IMG/VR virus record: IMGVR_UViG_3300001525_000125
Span: 1-60,514 of that record
Source of the DNA: a virus
Strand: one strand, 5' to 3'
DNA: 60,514 nt
Both the position numbers and the translations under genes were made by a program. The notes below the pieces were generated by a model. That model was not told the origin of the DNA and did no database searches. It worked only from the letters and a program-made list of their open reading frames with translations. Each line of letters begins with the position of its first letter. The stretch's first letter is position 1. This document shows, in pieces, positions 10,091-19,801 of the stretch.

Positions 10091-10318
10091 AAAGAAACTT
10101 GCACAGATCGTATGCCAAACCCTAACGCATACATTATAGTTCCACTGAATAGATTGAACTTTACAGCTAGACATATAGCAAGCAATCAGTCTAGCAAACT
10201 CATTCTTGCAAGTCAGTAAACAAAGGAGCTAAAACTTTACTTGAAGAATTGAGGAAGCTTTAGTATACCAGTTATAGATCAAACGCATATTTTCAGATCC
10301 AATTTACATTCTACCAAA

Positions 10319-10459
10319 TTAGAAGTCTGATGCAGCTACCATTACACTATTGTTCTTTGAATTATGCCATCTGTATGTAGTATCATTTACTTTTTCAATC
10401 ACAAATGAACTGTCTTCAAATGACTCAACATCATCGACACATTCTTTAAAACTTTTCAT
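10319..10459 (-). CDS. small hypothetical protein (MKSFKECVDD...)
   Basis: Start shortened from the track ORF, whose 5' part lies inside a tRNA. Confidence 0.45.
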   Translation of the reverse strand: MKSFKECVDDVESFEDSSFVIEKVNDTTYRWHNSKNNSVMVAASDF

Positions 10460-10484
10460 GCAAAATTCTCTTTTTATTACATAG

Positions 10485-10558
10485 TCGGAATAGCTGGCTC
10501 TGCCCCAGCGACATCCTGCTCCCAAAGCAGGCGCACTACTAGACTGTGCTATATTCCG
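10485..10558 (-). tRNA. tRNA-Pro(TGG) with non-canonical T-loop
   Basis: CGGAATA/TATTCCG acceptor, CCTGC-TTTGGGA-GCAGG anticodon arm, D-stem GCAC/GTGC, T-arm GCTGG-GGCAGAG-CCAGC. Confidence 0.7.
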
Positions 10559-10572
10559 TAAAACAAAGGCAT

Positions 10573-10646
10573 CGCAACGTGGACGATTCGAACGTCCGAC
10601 CTACTGTTTAATCGACAGTTGCTCCAGCCAATTGAGCTAACGCCGC
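10573..10646 (-). tRNA. tRNA, anticodon position reads ATT but loop is CGATTAA (G33); identity uncertain
   Basis: GCGGCGT/ACGTTGC acceptor, D-stem GCTC/GAGC, ACTGT-CGATTAA-ACAGT, GGACG-TTCGAAT-CGTCC. Confidence 0.6.
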
Positions 10647-10817
10647 GATAACTAAATAATAAAGTCCTGCAGAATGCGTTTTGAAGAAGCTTTGATTATT
10701 TCTTTTTAATAAGACAATGAACCGGTTTCTTATCTTATAAAGCTGCGCTATCTCATTAGACTCTAGATTCTTCTGAGACCATCTGCATTTGGCTTGCATA
10801 TCTGCAAAACTTTATAG

Positions 10818-10895
10818 TCCACAGGGTAGGACTCGAACCTACACGTAAATGCTTATAAGACACTCTGCCTGATACCAATCGGCTATTGCCTGTGG
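10818..10895 (-). tRNA. tRNA-Ile(TAT), tentative isotype
   Basis: CCACAGG/CCTGTGG acceptor, AGTGT-CTTATAA-GCATT, GTAGG-TTCGAGT-CCTAC; 78 nt. Confidence 0.65.
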
Positions 10896-10899
10896 ATAG

Positions 10900-10984
10900 T
10901 GCCGGATGATGGATTCGAACCACCGCAGACCTTCAATCGGAAGATATCCAGTCATAATGCCATTGACCACTAGGCGAATCCGGC
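10900..10984 (-). tRNA. tRNA-like gene, 85 nt, isotype undetermined
   Basis: Perfect GCCGGAT/ATCCGGC acceptor and GGTGG-TTCGAAT-CCATC T-arm; anticodon arm ambiguous. Confidence 0.5.
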
Positions 10985-11062
10985 AAACTTTTACTTTATA
11001 TCCGATCTTTCAATAAACTAATTGATTGCTAGAATCAATTTACAATATAGTAATAATACTTT

Positions 11063-11446
11063 CTACTTTGTCTTTTTATTGTACTCGACAAATTCTTTGA
11101 CAAACAGTTCAAAACGCTTGTCAGTAAACTTGTAGAACTTGTCACCGATCCACAACTTGATTCGATAGTCCTTATTGTTACGACATAGACCGAATGGATA
11201 TACGCCATTCTTGTCTTTGAACTTGATCACTGCATCAAGATAGTCTTTGCCATGCATCTTGTTGTATGCATAGACTTTATTCTCAATGTTGTTTCGACAC
11301 AGATTGCTTACTTCGAGACCAGAATAGTCAAGCCAGTTCTTGTGCTTCTTGATGAAGTCACGAATCTTGCTTTCTTGATACTTAGGGCTGTAATAGTTTC
11401 GCATTTTTTGTTTTCCTTTTTGAAGTTTTCTGTTTGACGTGTACAA
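11063..11446 (-). CDS. hypothetical protein
   Basis: ORF; likely start MRNYYSPKYQ. Confidence 0.55.
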   Translation of the reverse strand: MYTSNRKLQKGKQKMRNYYSPKYQESKIRDFIKKHKNWLDYSGLEVSNLCRNNIENKVYAYNKMHGKDYLDAVIKFKDKNGVYPFGLCRNNKDYRIKLWIGDKFYKFTDKRFELFVKEFVEYNKKTK

Positions 11447-11518
11447 TATAATAACTTTATTGGCGAATAGTACAAACTTTTTTCATTATTTTGCAACTAT
11501 CAATCAAAAAGTAAATTA

Positions 11519-11591
11519 AGCGTTAGACAAGGTTCGAACTTGCAATACCGGGCCGGAATCCAGGCAGTTTACCAATTAAGCTTACTAACGC
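11519..11591 (-). tRNA. tRNA-Gly(UCC) with G37; candidate quadruplet (UCCG) decoder
   Basis: GCGTTAG/CTAACGC acceptor; CCTGG-ATTCCGG-CCCGG anticodon arm (one mismatch); GCAAG-TTCGAAC-CTTGT T-arm. Confidence 0.75.
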
Positions 11592-11605
11592 GAAACAAGC
11601 TTTCG

Positions 11606-13096
11606 CTATGCTGTTTTGAGCATCCTCGGCTTGTAGAATGTCTTCAGTCTGTCGAGTTCTCTAAGAACTACTTTCGAGATGTCTGACAAGTCACAATTTA
11701 ATTCTTTCAACTTGTCATTGTTTTCTTTCAAGTCTTTCTCAATCTTGTTCAAGTCAAGCTTCCTGATAGAACAAAGCTTCTGGTCCATTAGCCATACTGC
11801 AAGTTCTTCTGCTTTCTTCCAGTCAGTCTTAGTCTTCTTGACAATATACGGTAGCTTGTTCAAAATATACCTGACAGGATCTTCTGACTCTAAAGCATCT
11901 TTGACTACATTCAAGTGCTTTACTGCATCATACTTGACATTCAGTCTGTCGATCTTGTCAGAAGTAAGTTCGATTTCTCGACTAGTCATCTTAGACTCTA
12001 CTTCTTTACGCCAATCGATCCATTCTGTCATCAAGTCCAGCATGTTAGGCACTAGCACATCTACTTGAACATCTTTGTCGATTGCTGTACTCTTGTTTCG
12101 GCGAATAGCATAGAACCTATAGTTGCCTGTCTTGCTAAGCATCTTCTTAATTCTAGTCTCAAAGAAGTCTTTGTTCTTGATCAGTACTTCTAGCTTCACT
12201 GGTTCAGACTTGTTAGCACTGTCATTGACATACACGACGTGTCCGTCTCTAATAAAGTCAGTCATTTTGTCGATGAACGAAGAAGGCACGAATCCAGGAC
12301 AGTAACCAATTATAGTCAGCAACCAGTTTCTGCCTTCAGGTTCAAGCTTATACTCACATTCATACCTGACTTGACCTTCACCTTTGCTGTACAGTTCTGC
12401 GAGCTCTGCTTGACTAGAGACAAGCTTTCCACCGTAACTGTAGTCTGGCCCTTTGACATACTTCAGCAAGTCTTCGACAGTAGCCGTCTTGCCCTTCTTG
12501 ACAATCATCTTCAATGCTTCTACGATCTCTCCTAGATTGTGTGCTGGAATTGAACAACTCAACCCTACAGCAATTCCAGCGCATTCATTGACAAAGAAGT
12601 TAGGAAATCTGGATGGAATCACTACAGGCTCCATCAAGTCTCCGCCATAATTAGGCACCATGTCAGCTACAGGCATGCATTCTAGGCACTTCATGCCAAT
12701 GTCAGAAATCTTAGCTTCTGTGTATCGATCGGCTGCTGGACCGTTGTTGATATCGCCAAAGTTGCCTTGTCCAGTCAAGACTGGATAGTCAGAATTGACA
12801 AGATTTACGAGAGAACCATAAGCCGAACCGTGGGCATGCCATTTTCCCATACAGTCACCTACAAGTCTTGCGCATTTGACTGTCTTAGAATCAGGATATG
12901 CTTTCAAGTCTTTTGCTGTCCACAACATTCTACGTTGTGCCGGCTTAAATCCATCCCTGAAGTCAGCTAGAACTCGATCTTCTAGAATGTCAATACCATA
13001 GTCGTAGATATTCTTGTTGAGAAGCTCGTCAACATCTGCTTGCGTAATCTGTTCTACAGTTTCTTCTTGTTCTTTCTTGATAAACTTCTGTTTCAT
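11606..13096 (-). CDS. DNA gyrase/topoisomerase subunit A, short form (T4 gp52-like)
   Basis: DFRDGFKPAQRRMLW; catalytic Tyr in NNGPAADRYTEAKIS; no long C-terminal domain. Confidence 0.9.
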   Translation of the reverse strand: MKQKFIKKEQEETVEQITQADVDELLNKNIYDYGIDILEDRVLADFRDGFKPAQRRMLWTAKDLKAYPDSKTVKCARLVGDCMGKWHAHGSAYGSLVNLVNSDYPVLTGQGNFGDINNGPAADRYTEAKISDIGMKCLECMPVADMVPNYGGDLMEPVVIPSRFPNFFVNECAGIAVGLSCSIPAHNLGEIVEALKMIVKKGKTATVEDLLKYVKGPDYSYGGKLVSSQAELAELYSKGEGQVRYECEYKLEPEGRNWLLTIIGYCPGFVPSSFIDKMTDFIRDGHVVYVNDSANKSEPVKLEVLIKNKDFFETRIKKMLSKTGNYRFYAIRRNKSTAIDKDVQVDVLVPNMLDLMTEWIDWRKEVESKMTSREIELTSDKIDRLNVKYDAVKHLNVVKDALESEDPVRYILNKLPYIVKKTKTDWKKAEELAVWLMDQKLCSIRKLDLNKIEKDLKENNDKLKELNCDLSDISKVVLRELDRLKTFYKPRMLKTA

Positions 13097-13137
13097 ATTC
13101 GAGTTACAGTATAGTCAAGTCTTACTGAAATGATACT

Positions 13138-13353
13138 CTATTCTTCTTCACCAAGCAGTTCTTCATGATCTACACCATATCTTGCTTCACACATGTCATC
13201 TAATGACTTGACAGAAAGACCGTTGATGTCAGTGACAAGATTGAGTTCTTCTAGCGTAAAGAACTGTCCATCTAACAGAGAATCCCAGATTTGTGATATA
13301 GTCATATGTTTACTCTTTTTTTGGCTTGTCAAAGACAATATAATATATTTCAA
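13138..13353 (-). CDS. hypothetical protein
   Basis: ORF 71 aa. Confidence 0.4.
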   Translation of the reverse strand: MKYIILSLTSQKKSKHMTISQIWDSLLDGQFFTLEELNLVTDINGLSVKSLDDMCEARYGVDHEELLGEEE

Positions 13354-13393
13354 AAGAAAAAGTACAACTTTTGTTGTACTTTTTCTTCAATTT

Positions 13394-15313
13394 CTAGTCT
13401 TTGATACCTAGCAACTTCTTTCTGTATGCTACATCATCACCCATAGTCTGATTCAAGACTTTCTCTAGATTGTCTGTCCATACAATCTGTTTCAGTTTTC
13501 TAGTCTTCTTGTCAAGACAAAGTTCTGACAACTGCTGTGAATTACACTCACCCCAGCCTTTCAGTCTCAGTACATCGTAGTTCTTGATGCCTTCTTGTTG
13601 CATCTGCGCATCAATTTTCGCTCTTGTCATAGCAAACTTCTTTCCACCGACATAGTTGCCGATGAACAACGGAGCATCTACTACATACACATGACCATTC
13701 TTGATCAACTGCGGCATGTACTTGATGAAGAAAGATAATAACAAATTTGCGATATGTTGCCCATCGATGTCACTGTCACTTAAGATTATTACTTTTCCAA
13801 ATCTCAACTTAGTCTCGTCGTAGTCATCTTGAAGTCCACATCCTAGTGCAGAAACGATCGTCCTGATCTCTTTGTTGCCTTCTTTCTTCTCTGCCTTGCT
13901 GCCGAACAAGTCTGCAGCAGAAGCTTTTGCAGCATTTATGATCTTTCCTCTAATCTTCAAAGCTGCTTGATATGGCTCTCTTGCTCTACTGAAGTGTCCA
14001 CCTGCTGAATCACCTTCTACGATGAACATCTCTAAGTCAGAGCTGTTCTTGTACTTTCGTCTGTCAGCATCAAGAAACTTGTCAGAAATGAACCTAGAGC
14101 CATTGTTCAGCTGGGTCAAGCCTTTCAATAGTGCTTTGTCAGCTTTCATCTTCTGTTTCTTGGCAAGCATCTCTTCAGCGTACTTGACAATCCTGTCTAC
14201 AAGTTCTCTGTTCTTCTTGAAGAACTTAGTCAAAGGCTTCTCTAGAATGTCAATGACTTCTCTCTCTACTTCAGAATTAGTCAATTCATTCTTTGTCTGG
14301 CCCTGATACTGCGGCTCTGCTACTCGACAATGAATTGCTCCGACAATCCCTTCTAGCAAGTCTTCATTGAGCACTTTCTGCTTGCTGAAGCCTTTCAAGA
14401 TAGAGCATACAATTTTCTTCAATCCAGACAGATGTGTACCACCGAGATTCGTGTAGCAGACATTGACAAATGACTTGAAGTCTGTTCCGTCACCTCTAGT
14501 AAAGTTCAACGCTGTGTCTAACTTGTCATCAGAGTATGTGAAGAGACCGTCACTTGCTTCTTTGCTTGCTACAAGCTCTTCTAGCCCTTTCTCACTATAG
14601 TACTCTGTGACATTCCCGTCAATGTCAAGCATGATATGCAGCTTCGGACACAAGTACTGTATGTCATGAAGCTCTCTCTTCAGTCTTGCTACATTCAGCT
14701 TGATGCTGTCTGTAAAGATCTGGCTATCGGGCAACCATTCTACTACAGTTCCAGTCTTCTTGACATGCTGCTTGTACTCTTCAGGCAACTTGCATTTCTC
14801 TACTTCTGTCTGTGCAATGCCTCGAGCAAACCTTTGACTGTACCATTTCATGTCAGCACTGTTGTTAGACCAGACCTGCATATACTCAGAAAGAGCATTT
14901 ACTGCAGAAGCACCCACTCCGTTCTTTCCAGAAGAAGTCTTGTAAGAATCATGATCGAACTTGCCACCAGCATGAATCTTTGTCACTACTGCAGTCAGAC
15001 TGTTCATTCCAGCAGCAGCATTGTACCCTACTGGAATGCCTCGACCATTGTCAATCACAACAGTCTTTCCAGTCTTGGTGTCGTGCATGACTACAAGCTT
15101 GTTGTTCTGTCCAGCAAGCCATTCGTCAATGCTGTTGTCAACAATCTCTCGACAAAGCCTGTACAAACCATCACTAGGATTGCCAGAAGGACTGCCGATA
15201 TACATGTCTGGACGCTTGCGAATTGCTTCTAGTCCAGTCAATACACTAATGCTGTCTGCATCATACTTCTTCTCTAAGTTTTTTTCACTCATGTTGTTTG
15301 TCAGTATAGTCAC
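13394..15313 (-). CDS. DNA gyrase/topoisomerase IV subunit B
   Basis: GLEAIRKRPDMYIGS, EIVDNSIDEWLAG, EGDSAGG, DSDIDGQHI. Confidence 0.93.
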   Translation of the reverse strand: MTILTNNMSEKNLEKKYDADSISVLTGLEAIRKRPDMYIGSPSGNPSDGLYRLCREIVDNSIDEWLAGQNNKLVVMHDTKTGKTVVIDNGRGIPVGYNAAAGMNSLTAVVTKIHAGGKFDHDSYKTSSGKNGVGASAVNALSEYMQVWSNNSADMKWYSQRFARGIAQTEVEKCKLPEEYKQHVKKTGTVVEWLPDSQIFTDSIKLNVARLKRELHDIQYLCPKLHIMLDIDGNVTEYYSEKGLEELVASKEASDGLFTYSDDKLDTALNFTRGDGTDFKSFVNVCYTNLGGTHLSGLKKIVCSILKGFSKQKVLNEDLLEGIVGAIHCRVAEPQYQGQTKNELTNSEVEREVIDILEKPLTKFFKKNRELVDRIVKYAEEMLAKKQKMKADKALLKGLTQLNNGSRFISDKFLDADRRKYKNSSDLEMFIVEGDSAGGHFSRAREPYQAALKIRGKIINAAKASAADLFGSKAEKKEGNKEIRTIVSALGCGLQDDYDETKLRFGKVIILSDSDIDGQHIANLLLSFFIKYMPQLIKNGHVYVVDAPLFIGNYVGGKKFAMTRAKIDAQMQQEGIKNYDVLRLKGWGECNSQQLSELCLDKKTRKLKQIVWTDNLEKVLNQTMGDDVAYRKKLLGIKD

Positions 15314-15345
15314 TTTTCAGCATACTTGTATAACTTTCTTCACCA

Positions 15346-15581
15346 ACTAGCAGTAATGAAGTTTCCATCGAAGTCATATCCGACGACTTTCTTGTCTCTC
15401 TTAGCAATCTTCTCGCTCAGCTTTCTCAAGTACTTCATCTTGCATCTGTGTATGTAGCTCCAGCTGCTCTTCTTCTCTCCGAAGCAATGGCTCGTCATAC
15501 TCTACAATGTCAGGTTCAACTTCTTTCGTGTAGCCGGTAATGCAGAGACGAACTCGTGTAACAGTCTAGTCTGTATTTCAT
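15346..15581 (-). CDS. Hidden gene joined by two CGG +1 sites; 77-aa hypothetical protein
   Basis: MKYRLDCYTSSSLHY-GYTKEVEPDIVEYDEPLL-GEKKSSWSYIHRCKMKYLRKLSEKIAKRDKKVVGYDFDGNLHYC; shifts at CGG 15534-15536 and 15479-15481; not in ORF track. Confidence 0.6.
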
Positions 15582-15673
15582 AAAAAAAAAATCCTCTTGA
15601 AAATGTGTTGTCAATAAGTTAATATATACTCAGTTTCTGTTTAGAAGCTAGCAATTGCTTGCATAAATAAAAA

Positions 15674-15707
15674 ATGTCTATGCGACCATAGAATATCGCA
15701 TAGACAT
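15674..15707. repeat. 12-bp perfect inverted repeat, possible terminator or RNA hairpin
   Basis: ATGTCTATGCGA...TCGCATAGACAT. Confidence 0.6.
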
Positions 15708-15990
15708 CAAAATGAAAAAATACTTAGTATTTACATTTCATTTTTTAAAGAAACTTACACATTTCAGCTGCAAGTTGTCAAAAAGAAGCATCTTCTCTTC
15801 TCATGCCCTATATAAATAAGATGTCTATGTGTGACCGTAGAACTTTACTATCACAACTTTTGAATCTTTTCAACAACAGCTTCGACAAGCTGGTTAAAGT
15901 CATTTGCAGTCATAATGACTTTCTCATGCCCTATACAAATAGAAATGCTAGGTGGATAATTGTTCATCCCCACCTAGCAAAGGAAATAAT

Positions 15991-17901
15991 ATGAATTATA
16001 GTAGTATTTATGCCAAGCTAAGTTATGGACTTTACAGCAAGTCAGACTACTGCAACATCACAGACAACTATGTCATTCATGAATATGACTTGCATCATAA
16101 AGATCTTCCAGTATATGCATACTATGACAGTCTGGCAGAAAGACGTTCTGCTCGTGAAATGATGGAGTATGATGTCAGAGAAGAGTTCAAAGACGTCAAG
16201 ATGACAAAAGAGAAGATTCTTGACATGCTGCATTTCAAGAAAGGCAAGAAATCACTAAGATATGTCATCTCTCTAGCAGAGATTCTCAAGTATGTCACTG
16301 AACGTGACAATATAGTACACTCTATCAATCTGTCTAGTTCATCTGCTACTATGCTCGCTCTGTTCGGCTATCAAGTCAGAGCATCACGCGTCATTAAACG
16401 TTGCAAAGAGATATTCTTGTTGAAAGAGGTAGACTCGTTCTATGTCTTCAGCCCGAGACGTAGCAAAGTCGGCATGTGCAAAGCATACATCTTGAACAAA
16501 GACGTACAAGACTTGCTGATGGAGTTGAAGAAAGAACTGAACATAGTCCCGCTTAGAGCAATTCAGACAAACGAGACAGTCTCTAAGAAAGACGTCGACA
16601 TGGAAAAAGTGAAGCAGCTTCAAGACAAAGCCGTGATCTCTTCTAGTCTTCATATAGTCAATCCTTGTTCTTCTAGAGAAGAGTTCGAGAAGACACTCAC
16701 TTACATCATTCATCGCAAGTATCCTCAATTCACACAGATGATCGCTGAAGCTGCATATGTAAACTCACAGCAGTTCTATCTAGATCATCCAGAGCTTCAG
16801 ACTAGAATCAAACTCTCTTTCAAGTATTCTGATTCAGGCATTCTCACATCTATAGGCTTTAGAGCTACTAACCGGAATAGTCTCGTACAAAGACAAGAAC
16901 ACCGAAAAGAAGTCAAACAAGAAGACTAGGAAAGACTTCTTGAAACGTATCTTCCGGACTAGTCTGGCAATCATATGACACAAAAGCTTCTATATACCAG
17001 ATTCAGTACTTCCTCAACCACAGTGTCTGGTTCTCTAACAGAGTAGACATGTATGTCAAGATGTTCGGTAGACAGTTTGACTCTCCAGACATGCGTAATG
17101 CATTCAAGTCTCTCTGCATGCCAATGTTCTTTGAAAAGTCAGATGCAACATATCTAAGAAACATACTGAACAAAGTAAAGTCTTTCAGAAATGCATCTCG
17201 TTACAGAAAGAAAGCCATACAAGACAAGCTTCTCTCTTATAGACATAAGATGCTTGAAGTACTAGGACCTTCTTTTCAGTCTGAAATCTTCTTGCATGAA
17301 TCTTGCATCTACATGCATACACTATACGAACTAGTCAAGCAAGGCTGGCAAGTAGCTCAAGTGTATGACCGGATTCTATGCAATTCATCGAGACAAGTCT
17401 CTAGACCTTGCTACAGACATCGAGTCAATTCTAGACTACTATGTCCATGAGTATAGAGCAAAGTATTCTCACACATTCAATCAAGCTTCAAAGAACACTG
17501 CAAGCAGTGTTGCAAGCCAGCTTGCTATAGACTATTGTGATGAAGACAATCAAGCTTACTGTGACAGTTCTTCAAATGAAGACTCGATGCTTTCAAATGA
17601 TTCTATAGAATCATGCAATGCATACAGTCATGAAAGAATGATTGCTGACTATTTCAACAATGAGTATAGAAAGCTTGCTTGTCAATTTGACATCAATAAA
17701 GAAAAGAATGATTACAGTAAGCCTTTCAACAAGCTTACAGCCCAGAAAGCGCTAGATCAATCTTCTTCTCCATATAGAAATTCTATATACAATAGTATAC
17801 ACAGAGCAAATACAAGACAAAGACAACAGCTTGACTACAGCTATATGATAGCAAATAGTTTCAAAAAGCAATACAATGTGCTTTTTGAACACTATTCGTG
17901 A
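15991..17901 (+). CDS. 635-aa hypothetical protein joined by three CGG +1 sites
   Basis: Joins track ORFs 15952-16929, 17049-17450 and 17365-17901: ...GFRATN-GIVSYKDKNTEKKSNKKTRKDFLKRIF-GLVWQSYDTKASIYQIQYFLNHSVWFSNRVDMYVKMFGRQ...VYD-GFYAIHRDKSLDL... Confidence 0.8.
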
Positions 17902-17980
17902 TTCTCTATAGCTTGTAATTTAGCAATTGCGATGAAGCTTATAGCAAAGCTACGCAAAGAATTCTTTGAACATGCACAGT

Positions 17981-18556
17981 TTACAATATTGGTTCATCGA
18001 TTGTATCACAATGTGAATCTACCCAATTGCACGCTAGTTCTTCTACATCTTCTTCATCGAAATCACGCATGTCAGTATGATCTTTGTCACAAATTTCTAC
18101 GATAAAGTTGATCATGATTTCACCTTCTTTTACTGATTCGCGCCATGTAGAAACTGCACTAGTGTCATCGACACTAGTCTCTATGTCTTTGTTTTTTTCA
18201 CACGATTCAATATAGTGTGCAAATTCATCTATGTCTTTAGGAACACATACAAACGATACACCACTATACATTCTATCGTAACTTTGAGCCTCGGGTGACT
18301 TATTGTTGTCATACTTGCTAGCATCTATGCTAAAGATGTCGACTGATACTGACGAACTATCTAATATGACAAGTTTCAATACTTCTTGCAAATTGACTGT
18401 CTTATAAAAATAGTCAAAATCTGCTATTTGATGATCAACGTCGTTGCTTGCATATTTTATGCACATAGATTTTTCATTTTGTGCATCAGCACCTGCATAG
18501 TCAACTGATATTTCAGTAAGCAAGAATCTACTAGAAAGATTTTCGTGTTTGTTCAT
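17981..18556 (-). CDS. hypothetical acidic protein
   Basis: ORF 191 aa. Confidence 0.6.
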   Translation of the reverse strand: MNKHENLSSRFLLTEISVDYAGADAQNEKSMCIKYASNDVDHQIADFDYFYKTVNLQEVLKLVILDSSSVSVDIFSIDASKYDNNKSPEAQSYDRMYSGVSFVCVPKDIDEFAHYIESCEKNKDIETSVDDTSAVSTWRESVKEGEIMINFIVEICDKDHTDMRDFDEEDVEELACNWVDSHCDTIDEPIL

Positions 18557-18767
18557 AAGTTGTTTATATTTGTTAATAGTTTGTTAATAAGTTGAAAAAC
18601 TTCAATTTTTGTGAAAAATGGACTGCAAAAGACAACTAGCTATATACGAAACACTGTCGATTTTCTGGAGCATGTTCTAGTCAACCAGAAACACGTCTAG
18701 AAAGGCGCAAAACGTTAAAAATCGAAAAATGAGCCGCTTTTTTAGCCTATTTTTGACCATTTTTTGA

Positions 18768-19115
18768 CTATTCTACCACTTTTTCATAGTCGAATCCATG
18801 TCCTTCACAGAAGTCAAGCAGCATGTCACGAAAGTCAAGTACTTGATTCTGTGCATCTGCTAGAGGTGTCTCGTAAATCTCAAGATTAGAACAGTTTGAA
18901 GCTTCAGCTGCTTCATAGTTCCTCAGACGATAGTTGTACAAGATCTCAGCATATGCAGTGTTGTTGATCAAGACTGACATATTGTCAGCTCCGTCATTGC
19001 ACTTGCTAAGCTTGCTTTGTTCATCATACATGTCCTCAGAAGTCTGAATGCGAGCAGACCTGTCTGCTACAAACTTGCTGAAGGTGTCAGTAACGTAAGA
19101 AGTAGTCTTTGTCAT
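18768..19115 (-). CDS. hypothetical protein
   Basis: ORF 115 aa. Confidence 0.55.
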   Translation of the reverse strand: MTKTTSYVTDTFSKFVADRSARIQTSEDMYDEQSKLSKCNDGADNMSVLINNTAYAEILYNYRLRNYEAAEASNCSNLEIYETPLADAQNQVLDFRDMLLDFCEGHGFDYEKVVE

Positions 19116-19801
19116 ATTCTATTCCTTTTCTTGAAAGATTGATACAATAATAATATAATACAGTTTTTGACAAAAGAGCATACAAAATTTCAAAAAAGTT
19201 TCGATAGCATGAACTTTGTCAAGAAACACGTTCTAGAGACACTTTCTGTACTAGCCAATAGACTATATTGACAAGACTAGAAGTCAATCCAGAAACGTGC
19301 TAGAAATTGATCTTTGAACAAGACACATATTTCTTTTGGCAAATTCACAAAAATTGTTCAAAATAGTTGACTAGATAGCAACAAAATGCACAAATTGACA
19401 AAAAACAGTCAAAAAGTATTGTTTTTTCACAAAAAACAATAAAAAATATTACACTTTTGTAACATTTTGCAAAATATGCAACTTTGACAACAGACTCTAT
19501 AGGCTTTTCTTTGCCATATTTTATGAAGATGAATTGTAAACTTTGTAAAAAATGAAAGTCAGTCTTTTTCACCTTCAAAAAGTGAACTATATTATATTTT
19601 GTCGGAAGGAAAGAATAGAGGTTTATATAGGGAGTACTATGTAGAATTCTATACTAGAATATACTAGGCATAAGTATAGTACTGTATTAGAATCATCATT
19701 AGAATATACATAGAGATCATATAGCAAGAGAATCAAGAAACATTATCAAAAACGAAAAATGCTAGAGCTTTAGCTCTAGCATGCATTTTGCTTGCAAAAT
19801 G

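Noticed and set aside
10319-10525. Full-length 68-aa ORF call
   Set aside because: Its first residues lie inside tRNA-Pro (10485-10558); the internal start MKSFKECVDD at 10459 is more likely.
10608-10799. 63-aa ORF on the minus strand
   Set aside because: Overlaps the tRNA at 10573-10646 and has no supporting features.
19345-19578. 77-aa minus-strand ORF
   Set aside because: Low-complexity AT-rich sequence with unusual composition (Phe/Cys-rich); likely non-coding.
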